A stretch of 64,000 bases of DNA, taken from positions 70,066-134,065 of the forward strand of contig DATGXG010000002.1 in assembly GCA_035299085.1 (NCBI GenBank), in the 5' to 3' direction. The translations under genes were made by a program, and so were the position numbers. The notes below the pieces were generated by a model. It was not told the DNA's origin and searched no databases. It saw nothing but the letters and a program-made list of their open reading frames with translations. Positions 8,745 through 16,924 of this stretch are shown here, piece after piece. The DNA is from Bacteroidales bacterium. Its GTDB lineage: Bacteria > Bacteroidota > Bacteroidia > Bacteroidales > UBA10428. How positions within the stretch are numbered: position 1 is the first letter of the stretch; each line of letters begins with the position of its first letter.

Positions 8745-11432
8745 ATGTTTTCTAACAAACAACGAAATATAAAAATTTACCGCTTGTCTCCTTCCCTTTT
8801 CAGGCTTCTGCTTATTCCCCTGCTGGCTTTGATGACCCTTAACATGGCAGGCCAGCAGAATACTCAAAAACCCGATTCCACGGTATTTGCCGATTCTGTT
8901 AGAGTTAAGGCTGACACGCTGTTGAATGACAGTACAAAAAAAGCCAAGAAACCTCTGCTTGAAGCCGAAATAAAATACTCTTCCGAAGACTCGCTTATTT
9001 TTTCAATCGGGCAGCAAAAAGTCTTCCTATACGACAAAGGCGTTGTAAATTACCAGGATATCGGGTTGACAGGTAACTATATCGAATTTGATTATAACAC
9101 CCGTATAGCCATGGCTGCCGGGGCCATTGATTCGAGCGGACAATTGACAGGCAGGCCCGAATTTACACAGGGTACCGAAAAATTTGATTTCGATACCATG
9201 CGATACAATTTTCAAACCCGGAAAGCCAAGATTAAAAGTATTATTACCCAGCAGGGTGAAGGATACTTGCACAGTACCGTTACAAAAAGAATGGCAAACG
9301 GGGAAATCAATATCAAAAATGGTAAGTATACTACCTGCGATGCTCCCCATCCTCATTTTTACATTGCACTTACCAAAGCAATTTCAATACCCGGAAAGAG
9401 AACCGTGGCAGGACCCGGATACCTCGTTTTTGAAGACATACCTATGCCACTCGGATTGCCGTTTGGCTTTTTTCCCAATACAAACAAGCGAACGTCAGGA
9501 TTCATCATACCTGAGTTCCGCGACGAACAGCGTCGCGGTTTCGGACTTGAAAACGGGGGATGGTATTTTGCCTTTAACGATTACCTGGATGTATCTATCG
9601 CCGGTTCAATTTACTCAAGGGGCACCTGGGGAGTGAAGGCTGTGAGCCAATATCTGAAACGATATAAATACAACGGTCAGTTTTCAGCCCAGTTTTTCAT
9701 GAATAAAATCAACGACGATCCCAGTTCAATTTCATCCAGGGATTTCAAAATTAACTGGAGTCATTCACAAGATCCGAAAGCAAACCCCACCCGCACCTTC
9801 AGGGCAAGCGTCGATTTTGCAACCAGTTCTTTTGAAAAACGACAGGGCACCAATTTTGGCAATATTCTCGAAAATCAGAAGAACTCGAGTATAGCGTTCA
9901 CAAAAAGATGGCCCGGAAGGCCGTTTAATTTTGCTGCCAACCTGAACGCTTCACAAAACACAAGAAGCAAGACTATAAGCGCCACCCTGCCAAGCGTTAC
10001 TTTTAACATGGACCGCATTTACCCGTTCAGGGGAAAAAAGGATGACGGTGATTATAACTGGCTACAGAATATACAGATCAGCTATAATTCCAAACTGATA
10101 AACAGGATGAATAATATCGGGGATTCTGTATTTTTTACCGAAAGCACATTGAAGAAAATGGAAAGCGGTTTTGCACATACAATCCCGATTTCACTGGATA
10201 ATATCAGAATTCTTAAAAACCTGATCACCATCACTCCCGGAGTAAGTTACAACGGGGTTGTATTCCCTTATTACATTAGGAAAACACATGTTTCGGACAC
10301 TCTATTTTATGGGAATAAAAATTATATAACCGATACAATCCACAGAGTTACTTATGCCCATGCATTCTCTGCTTCGATCGGGGTGAGTGCTTCTCCGAAA
10401 CTTTATGGAATGTACACGAATAAACGGGCTAACCCAAAAATCATCGCAGTTCGACATGTAATGTCACCAAAGGCGTCCTTCAGTTTTACACCCGACATGA
10501 AAGGACTTGTTCCTGACTACTATCGCAAAGTTCCTACTAATTCTTCAATTGGCGCTAACAGAACTTATGAAGAATATTCGATGTATGCGGGACAAATGAA
10601 TTCAACACCGTCGGTGAATGGTAAAAGCGGATCATTATCCCTTGGTTTGGGCAATAACGTTGAAATGAAGGTACGTTCAAAGAACGACTCGACCGGAAAA
10701 GGGAAAAAAGTCACTATTCTTGACAACCTTGATTTTGCCACAAGTTACCGCCCGTTCTCGCCTGAGTTCAAATGGGCGCCTGTAACAATGAATGCCCGCA
10801 GTACCTTATTCAATAAGAACCTGCAAATCCAGTTAAGTTCAACATTTGATCCTTACGGACTCAATGAAAAAGGAAACAGGCAGGATGTATTCCTTATCAA
10901 TCAGACAGGAAAACTATTCCGGTTAACCACAGTGCAGTTCAGTACGGGTTTCCGTTTGCAATCAGCAGCAGGAAAGAAAAAGGACAGCAATGCAAAAACC
11001 GGGGGACAGACTGATATCGATAAGGGTTACGAAAATACCCAGGAAATGACGGATATGTATGAACAAGAAGGTGGCTCGGTAAGGAATGACTACGTTGATT
11101 TTGATATTCCCTGGTCGGTTAATATCGACTATTCATTCCGCTATGATAAACCCGGGTATGTAGCCCGTAAAACGAGCTCAGTGAGGATGAGCGGGGATAT
11201 CAGTATAACACCAAAATGGAAGATCGGGCTTAATTCATCCTATGACTTCGTTGCCAAGGAATTGAGTGCCACCAATATCAGCGTATACAGGGATCTTCAT
11301 TGCTGGGAAATGAAAATTGGTGTGGTACCTTTTGGTAACTACAAAAGCTACTACTTCACCATCAATGCCAAATCAGCCATCCTCCGCGACCTGAAGTGGG
11401 ATAAGAGGAAGAGCTGGAGGGATAATTTCTAG
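8745..11432 (+). CDS. Large outer-membrane protein, putative LPS-assembly (LptD-like) protein of Bacteroidetes
   Basis: About 895 aa, hydrophobic N-terminal signal, beta-rich and aromatic-rich throughout. Divergent amidase/LptD-like synteny is common in Bacteroidetes. The listed ORF starts at TTG 8727; the first ATG is at 8745. Confidence 0.65.
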   Translation: MFSNKQRNIKIYRLSPSLFRLLLIPLLALMTLNMAGQQNTQKPDSTVFADSVRVKADTLLNDSTKKAKKPLLEAEIKYSSEDSLIFSIGQQKVFLYDKGVVNYQDIGLTGNYIEFDYNTRIAMAAGAIDSSGQLTGRPEFTQGTEKFDFDTMRYNFQTRKAKIKSIITQQGEGYLHSTVTKRMANGEINIKNGKYTTCDAPHPHFYIALTKAISIPGKRTVAGPGYLVFEDIPMPLGLPFGFFPNTNKRTSGFIIPEFRDEQRRGFGLENGGWYFAFNDYLDVSIAGSIYSRGTWGVKAVSQYLKRYKYNGQFSAQFFMNKINDDPSSISSRDFKINWSHSQDPKANPTRTFRASVDFATSSFEKRQGTNFGNILENQKNSSIAFTKRWPGRPFNFAANLNASQNTRSKTISATLPSVTFNMDRIYPFRGKKDDGDYNWLQNIQISYNSKLINRMNNIGDSVFFTESTLKKMESGFAHTIPISLDNIRILKNLITITPGVSYNGVVFPYYIRKTHVSDTLFYGNKNYITDTIHRVTYAHAFSASIGVSASPKLYGMYTNKRANPKIIAVRHVMSPKASFSFTPDMKGLVPDYYRKVPTNSSIGANRTYEEYSMYAGQMNSTPSVNGKSGSLSLGLGNNVEMKVRSKNDSTGKGKKVTILDNLDFATSYRPFSPEFKWAPVTMNARSTLFNKNLQIQLSSTFDPYGLNEKGNRQDVFLINQTGKLFRLTTVQFSTGFRLQSAAGKKKDSNAKTGGQTDIDKGYENTQEMTDMYEQEGGSVRNDYVDFDIPWSVNIDYSFRYDKPGYVARKTSSVRMSGDISITPKWKIGLNSSYDFVAKELSATNISVYRDLHCWEMKIGVVPFGNYKSYYFTINAKSAILRDLKWDKRKSWRDNF

Positions 11433-11454
11433 ATACTGGTGCTGGATGCAAAAA

Positions 11455-11518
11455 GCTGCTTCGTCGCAGTTACATATACCGTAACCTGAATAATCCGTCT
11501 CGCTCCTCGCAATGACGG
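11455..11518. repeat. Half copy (B'...A' arm) of the nested palindromic REP/MITE-like element
   Basis: gctgcttcgtcgc ...(33 nt)... cgctcctcgcaatgacgg. These are reverse complements of the GCGACGAAGCA and CGTCATTGCGAGGAGCG boxes seen at 26665, 43412 and 63868. Confidence 0.7.
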
Positions 11519-11524
11519 TAAGGT

Positions 11525-13000
11525 TTAATAGGCCACTGCAAACAGTACCCTCTGTTTTGAAGGTTTTCCTGTTAAAATACACTTTCCTTCCTCTTGCGGG
11601 TTATCCAGCGGAATACAACGGATCGTGGCCTTGGTTTCTTCCTTGATCTTTGCCTCGGTTTCAGCAGTTCCGTCCCAGTGAGCATAAGCAAAACCACCTT
11701 TTACTTCAACTATTTCCCTGAATTCATCCCACGAATTAACATAGAATTTATTGCTATCCCTGAAAGTCAAAGCTTTCTGGTATATATTCTGCTGAATTTC
11801 TACCAGCAGATCCTTCACATAGGTTTCTATTCCTTCAAGAGGTAATATCTTTTTTTCAAAAGTATCGCGACGGGCCACTTCCACCGTATTGTTCTCAAGG
11901 TCTCTGGGCCCGATTGCCAGTCGAACCGGTATGCCCTTTAGCTCATATTCAGCAAATTTCCATCCGGGCTTCTGAGTGTCGCGGCCATCATATTTAACTG
12001 AAATGCCAAGATTGGTAAGCGATTTTCTGATGCTTTCGGCTTTTTCGGAGATGGCTTGTAATTGTTCGTCGTTTTTATGAATAGGAACGATGACAACCTG
12101 GATCGGAGCCAACCGGGGCGGCAATACAAGTCCGTTATCATCGGAGTGTGCCATAATTAGTGCACCTATAAGACGAGTGGTTACACCCCATGAAGTTGCC
12201 CATACATAATCCAGTTTACCTTCCTTATTCAGGAATTTCACATCAAAGGCGCGGGCGAAATTCTGTCCCAGGAAATGAGATGTACCACCCTGCAAGGCTT
12301 TTCCATCCTGCATAAGCGCTTCAATAGTGTAGGTGGCAATGGCACCGGCGAACTTTTCAGATTCTGTTTTTACACCTTTAATTACCGGTACTGCCAGGAA
12401 GTTCTCAGCGAAAGTTGCATAGACATCTAGCATTTTCCTTGTTTCTTCCTCAGCCTCTTCACGGGTAGCATGAGCGGTATGGCCTTCCTGCCAAAGAAAC
12501 TCAGTTGTGCGAAGGAACAAACGGGTTCTCATTTCCCATCTTACTACGTTGGCCCACTGGTTAATCAGGATGGGCAGATCGCGGTATGACTGAATCCAGT
12601 TTTTATAGGTGTTCCATATTATGGTTTCCGAAGTAGGCCTTACAATAAGTTCTTCTTCGAGCTTGGCGTTTTCATCAACAACAAGTCCCTTGCCCTTTTC
12701 ATCATTTTTAAGCCTGTAATGAGTTACTACGGCACATTCTTTGGCGAATCCTTCAACATGCTCCGCTTCACGACTAAAAAAAGACTTTGGTATGAAAAGA
12801 GGAAAGTATGCATTAACATGACCGGTTTCCTTAAACATCCTGTCGAGCTCGCCCTGTATCTTTTCCCAGATGGCGTAACCATATGGCTTAATAACCATGC
12901 ACCCTCTGACAGCGGAACTTTCTGCAAGGTCAGCTTTTATTACAAGATCGTTATACCATTGAGAATAATTCTCTTTTCTGCTTGTTAATTCTTTAGCCAT
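11525..13000 (-). CDS. proS: Proline--tRNA ligase (archaeal/eukaryote-like type, no editing insertion)
   Basis: 491 aa. N-terminus [26 protein letters not shown] and class II motifs. C-terminal ...[10 protein letters not shown] is typical. Confidence 0.95.
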   Translation of the reverse strand: MAKELTSRKENYSQWYNDLVIKADLAESSAVRGCMVIKPYGYAIWEKIQGELDRMFKETGHVNAYFPLFIPKSFFSREAEHVEGFAKECAVVTHYRLKNDEKGKGLVVDENAKLEEELIVRPTSETIIWNTYKNWIQSYRDLPILINQWANVVRWEMRTRLFLRTTEFLWQEGHTAHATREEAEEETRKMLDVYATFAENFLAVPVIKGVKTESEKFAGAIATYTIEALMQDGKALQGGTSHFLGQNFARAFDVKFLNKEGKLDYVWATSWGVTTRLIGALIMAHSDDNGLVLPPRLAPIQVVIVPIHKNDEQLQAISEKAESIRKSLTNLGISVKYDGRDTQKPGWKFAEYELKGIPVRLAIGPRDLENNTVEVARRDTFEKKILPLEGIETYVKDLLVEIQQNIYQKALTFRDSNKFYVNSWDEFREIVEVKGGFAYAHWDGTAETEAKIKEETKATIRCIPLDNPQEEGKCILTGKPSKQRVLFAVAY

Positions 13001-13091
13001 AACAAATATTTGGTATAGAATTTGTGTTTACTTTTACGAAATTTTAACGTTTGCAAAATAAAGAATAAAAAGTTTAAATTCACATAAAAAT

Positions 13092-13097
13092 AGGAGG
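13092..13097 (+). promoter_or_regulatory. Canonical Shine-Dalgarno sequence AGGAGG
   Basis: aggagg-taaggtc-ATG, a 7-nt spacer to the ATG at 13105. None of the other CDS start regions I checked in the window has a comparable site. Confidence 0.5.
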
Positions 13098-13104
13098 TAA
13101 GGTC

Positions 13105-14547
13105 ATGAAAACTATTTTACGTTCATATTTTGTCCTGGTTCTTGGCATTTTTGCCTTCTCCGGCGCCATGGGTCAGAAGACTTCTCAGGAATATGACGAT
13201 ATGTACTATATACCTTCCGAAAAGAAGGCTGTACAGGCCACTGATAACAAGACTCCTGCAACCCAACAGGAAGCAACAGAATCAAGGCAACCCAGCGATT
13301 ACGAAAAATACATCCAAAATCTCGAGCAGCAGCGCAAAACCGGCAAAAACAAAAAAGCTAATCAGCAGGCTCAGCAGGGTGTTACCTATACCGATTCAGT
13401 TCAGTATGCTGAAGATCAGAACTACGTTGACAACAATGCAGATGCTGAATACAGCGAAGAACAGGCTGACGGTAATACTTATGTAACCAATAATTTCTAT
13501 GGAAGCGATTATTATTATGCATCCAGGATCCGCAGGTTCTATGATCCGTTTTACTCGGTAGGTTATTTTGACTATTACGATCCTTTCTTTTATTCGCCGG
13601 GGTGGTCATTCAGTATGTCATTCGGTTATCCCTATTATGGGTATGGCTATGGGTATGGCTGGCCATATTATTCACCGTATGGTTATTACGATAATTTTTA
13701 TAATCCCTATTATTATTCATCATGGTACGGATATAATCCTTACTGGAGAAGTCCCTACTACAGTTTCTGGGATTACTACGGGTATGGAACTTACCCCGGA
13801 TATTACGGCGGATATCATAATCATTATGCTCATAATGACCGTCCTGTTTATTACGGTCCCAGGAGAACCATTGAAAACAACCGTATTGCAGGTGCCACTG
13901 CTTATAACGGAGCCCGCAGGGTTAGCAGCGTGTCACCTTCGGACGGTCGCAGGTCAGTTGCCAGCGGAAATACCACCGGTGTAAAAAGCACTTCAGGCAC
14001 AACAACAACCCGCCGTGCATATGGTACAACCGAATCTTACAGGAGAACCGGATCCAACGGAACATCGGTTACTACAAGATCGGCTTCAACCACTCCGACT
14101 ATGAGGCAGTCAGGAAATTCACAGGAAAGACCGGTATATACAAGGCCATCGTCACAGAATAATTCAACTTACAGTGGATCCAATCGCGGTGCGTCATCAT
14201 CCGGATCAGGATATACCCGCTCTTCAGGCAGCAACGGTACTTCCTCAACTTACAGGTCGGGAAGTTCATCAACCTATAGCAGGCCCAGTAGCAGCTCATC
14301 ATCTTCATACAGCCGTCCCAGCTATTCAACCGGTTCATCAAATTACAGCTCAGGCAGCAACAGGTCAAGCAGTTATTCCAGCGGCTCGTCACCATCCTAT
14401 TCATCAGGAAGCAGCAGGAGCAGCAGCAGCAGTAGTTCTTACAGCGGCGGTAGCAGGTCCAGTGGAGGAAGCAGCTATTCAGGCGGTGGATCTTCATCTG
14501 GTTCAAGCAGCCATTCAGGAGGCGGCAGTTCAGGTGGAAGAAGGTAA
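13105..14547 (+). CDS. Secreted low-complexity protein: signal peptide, acidic/Gln-rich segment, Tyr/Gly/Pro/Trp-rich core, Ser/Gly/Thr/Arg/Tyr-rich tail
   Basis: 480 aa. MKTILRSYFVLVLGIFAFSGAMG signal. Core YPYYGYGYGYGWPYYSPYGYYDNFYNPYYYSSWYGYNPYW. Tail ...SYSSGSSRSSSSSSSYSGGSRSSGGSSYSGGGSSSGSSSHSGGGSSGGRR. Confidence 0.75.
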   Translation: MKTILRSYFVLVLGIFAFSGAMGQKTSQEYDDMYYIPSEKKAVQATDNKTPATQQEATESRQPSDYEKYIQNLEQQRKTGKNKKANQQAQQGVTYTDSVQYAEDQNYVDNNADAEYSEEQADGNTYVTNNFYGSDYYYASRIRRFYDPFYSVGYFDYYDPFFYSPGWSFSMSFGYPYYGYGYGYGWPYYSPYGYYDNFYNPYYYSSWYGYNPYWRSPYYSFWDYYGYGTYPGYYGGYHNHYAHNDRPVYYGPRRTIENNRIAGATAYNGARRVSSVSPSDGRRSVASGNTTGVKSTSGTTTTRRAYGTTESYRRTGSNGTSVTTRSASTTPTMRQSGNSQERPVYTRPSSQNNSTYSGSNRGASSSGSGYTRSSGSNGTSSTYRSGSSSTYSRPSSSSSSSYSRPSYSTGSSNYSSGSNRSSSYSSGSSPSYSSGSSRSSSSSSSYSGGSRSSGGSSYSGGGSSSGSSSHSGGGSSGGRR

Positions 14548-14600
14548 TTCAGGTCCTGAGCAAAAAGTTTAATTTCCAGTTTTTACTAACATCGCAAACT

Positions 14601-16121
14601 ATGAAAAAGATTCTTTCATTGGTGATAGTATCAGTATGCATTTCTTCAGCCATACAGGCCCAGTTAGCCAGCCCTGATCAGGAAGCCTGGGATGCCATAA
14701 AGTTTTCACAAAACTTCCCTACTTTGTCTGCAAGAAGCTTATCAATGGGTGGAGCATTTAGTTCACTTGGAGGGGACTTCTCATCTAGCTATATCAATCC
14801 GGCAGGGCTGGGTCTATATCGTAAATCAGAATTTGTGTTTTCTCCTTACCTGGGTTTATCTACTACAAAAGCCAATTATCTGGGTGAAACAAATACTGAT
14901 TACAAATATCAATTTAGTCTAAGTAATATTGGATATGTTGGCACCTTTATCACAAATAAGGAAAAAGGCCTTGTTAGTGCTTCATATGCCCTAGGTTATA
15001 ACAGGATCAATAATTTCAATAACAGGGTCAACATCGTTGGTACAAACGAACGAACTTCGCTAATTGATTATTTTATGAATCCTGGCGGCAATAATATAAA
15101 CGGAACCGATCCTGAAGATTTGGATCCCTTTACAAACAGGCTGGCCTTCGATGCCTATTTAATTGATACAACTGCAGGCACCAATTTTGAATACACTACC
15201 CCGGTTATGTATCGTAATCAGCAACGACGGATAATTGAATCCCGCGGTGGAACAGGACAATGGAACTTTGCCTTTGGGTTGAATTTCAATAATATATGGT
15301 ATGTGGGGGCAGGGTTGGGAATCAACCAAATCTCATATGAAACGCAAATGAGTCATACTGAAATCAACCGTGATCCAGCCGAATCGGACTTTGCTAATTT
15401 TACTTATACTGAAAAAGAGGTTGTCAACGGTCATGGAATAAATTTCAATTTTGGCACCATGGTACGCTTGTTTGAAATTGTCCGACTTGGGGCCAGTTTC
15501 CAAACTCCAACTTTTTACCGACTTGACGAATCCTATAAAAATTCAATGTATTCTGAATTCAAGTCTGGTTTTGTACCTACTGATGATTTGGGAGAGATTT
15601 ATGCAAATGGTGAGTATTCGTATAGGATGGCCACACCAATGAAATTACAGGCCGGCGCCAGCATACAACTTGGCAAAATGGGTATAATTTCTTCAGATAT
15701 AGAATTCCTTGATTATTCGAAAATCCATTTTAAATCAATAGATGATCCTTCATTTGAGGACAACAATGATTTCTTACCAGATATGTATGGGAAAGTTGTC
15801 AATTTTAAAATAGGTGGTGAGGCCAGATTTGACAATCTTTTTGTCAGACTTGGCGGTGGTCTGTACCAAAATCCATATGCAACTTCTGATTTGACACGGT
15901 TTTACGGTAAAAATAATACAAGCGAACTTACTGCAGGATTTGGTTTCAGAACCAGTTCCTTCTTCTTTGATTTGGGATTCTCATCCCTTTCAAACAAAAA
16001 AGACAAGTACCTGCTTTATTCTGCCTACGATCCCAGAAGTACAAATGATCTGATTGATAATGTTTCGACAATTAACCAAAACCGATTCAGGTTTGTAGCC
16101 TCTCTCGGATTCAGATTTTAG
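14601..16121 (+). CDS. Beta-barrel outer-membrane protein (FadL/PorV-like fold family suspected)
   Basis: 506 aa. Signal peptide ending AIQAQ, LSARSLSMGGAFSSLGGD motif like FadL/PorV N-termini, alternating aromatic beta-strand pattern, C-terminal ...SLGFRF. Confidence 0.7.
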   Translation: MKKILSLVIVSVCISSAIQAQLASPDQEAWDAIKFSQNFPTLSARSLSMGGAFSSLGGDFSSSYINPAGLGLYRKSEFVFSPYLGLSTTKANYLGETNTDYKYQFSLSNIGYVGTFITNKEKGLVSASYALGYNRINNFNNRVNIVGTNERTSLIDYFMNPGGNNINGTDPEDLDPFTNRLAFDAYLIDTTAGTNFEYTTPVMYRNQQRRIIESRGGTGQWNFAFGLNFNNIWYVGAGLGINQISYETQMSHTEINRDPAESDFANFTYTEKEVVNGHGINFNFGTMVRLFEIVRLGASFQTPTFYRLDESYKNSMYSEFKSGFVPTDDLGEIYANGEYSYRMATPMKLQAGASIQLGKMGIISSDIEFLDYSKIHFKSIDDPSFEDNNDFLPDMYGKVVNFKIGGEARFDNLFVRLGGGLYQNPYATSDLTRFYGKNNTSELTAGFGFRTSSFFFDLGFSSLSNKKDKYLLYSAYDPRSTNDLIDNVSTINQNRFRFVASLGFRF

Positions 16122-16148
16122 AAGTTTTCAAATTCCAGTTTGAGTGTG

Positions 16149-16178
16149 CGGCTCAGGTTAATCCCTGAGCCGTTTTTT
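16149..16178 (+). terminator. Rho-independent terminator after the OMP gene
   Basis: 9-bp GC-rich stem cggctcagg/cctgagccg, loop ttaatc, then TTTTTT. The T-run overlaps the trmD stop codon. Confidence 0.8.
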
Positions 16179-16887
16179 ATTCCCTGTCCTTTCCCTTTCT
16201 CCTGTTTACAGGTTCTCTGAGTAAATCAGGCCGAAGTTTTAATGTTCTTTCTTCCGATTGCTGATGACGCCATTCATCAATGTTCTTCTGATGCCCTGAT
16301 ATGAGTATTTCAGGAACTTTCCAGCCTTTATATTCTGCCGGACGGGTATACACAGGGGGAGCAAGCAAATTATCCTGGAATGAATCCGTAAGTGCAGATG
16401 TTTCATCAGAAATGCCTCCCGGAAGAAGCCTTACAACACAATCCGTAATTACGGCTGCAGCCAGTTCGCCACCGGACAATACATAATCACCAACCGAAAT
16501 TTCACAGGTAACCAGGTAATCCCTTACCCGCTGATCCACTCCTTTATAATGGCCGCATAACAATATTATATTCTCACATGTGGCCAGGTAATTTGCCCGT
16601 CTCTGGCTGAAAGTCTCACCATCGGGAGTGAGGTATATAATCTCATCATAGCTGCGTTCACTTTTCAGCTTGGTAATCAGCAGGTCAATAGGTTCGATGC
16701 ACATGACCATACCTGCACCTCCTCCAAAAGAATAATCATCAACCTGCTTTTGCTTATTCTGAGAGTAGTCCCTTATGTTGTGAATCACAATTTCAACAAC
16801 GTTTTTCTCCCGGGCCCTTTTTATGATGGAATGGCTGAGAGGACTTTCGAGCAGTTCAGGAAGGATTGTCAGTATGTCTATGCGCAT
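16177..16887 (-). CDS. trmD: tRNA (guanine37-N1)-methyltransferase
   Basis: 236 aa. [12 protein letters not shown] start, [13 protein letters not shown] and [13 protein letters not shown] motifs. Confidence 0.95.
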   Translation of the reverse strand: MRIDILTILPELLESPLSHSIIKRAREKNVVEIVIHNIRDYSQNKQKQVDDYSFGGGAGMVMCIEPIDLLITKLKSERSYDEIIYLTPDGETFSQRRANYLATCENIILLCGHYKGVDQRVRDYLVTCEISVGDYVLSGGELAAAVITDCVVRLLPGGISDETSALTDSFQDNLLAPPVYTRPAEYKGWKVPEILISGHQKNIDEWRHQQSEERTLKLRPDLLREPVNRRKGKDRE

Positions 16888-16896
16888 TTGAGGTCT

Positions 16897-16924
16897 GATG
16901 TTTGATGTTTGATGTTTGATGTTT
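16897..16924. repeat. (GATGTTT)x4 tandem heptamer filling the spacer between the AddB-like stop and the trmD start
   Basis: Read directly. Related TGTTTGA(G/T)G arrays occur at 33621-33649, 44015-44030 and 44085-44100. Confidence 0.75.

Noticed and set aside
13130-14572. Long alternative-frame and antisense ORFs inside the low-complexity gene (13130-13486, 13568-13984, 14174-14572 on plus; 13382-13609, 14099-14506 on minus)
   Set aside because: They are by-products of the reiterated Tyr/Ser/Gly codons, where few stop codons arise in any frame. Only the 13105 frame has a signal peptide, an SD and a coherent architecture.
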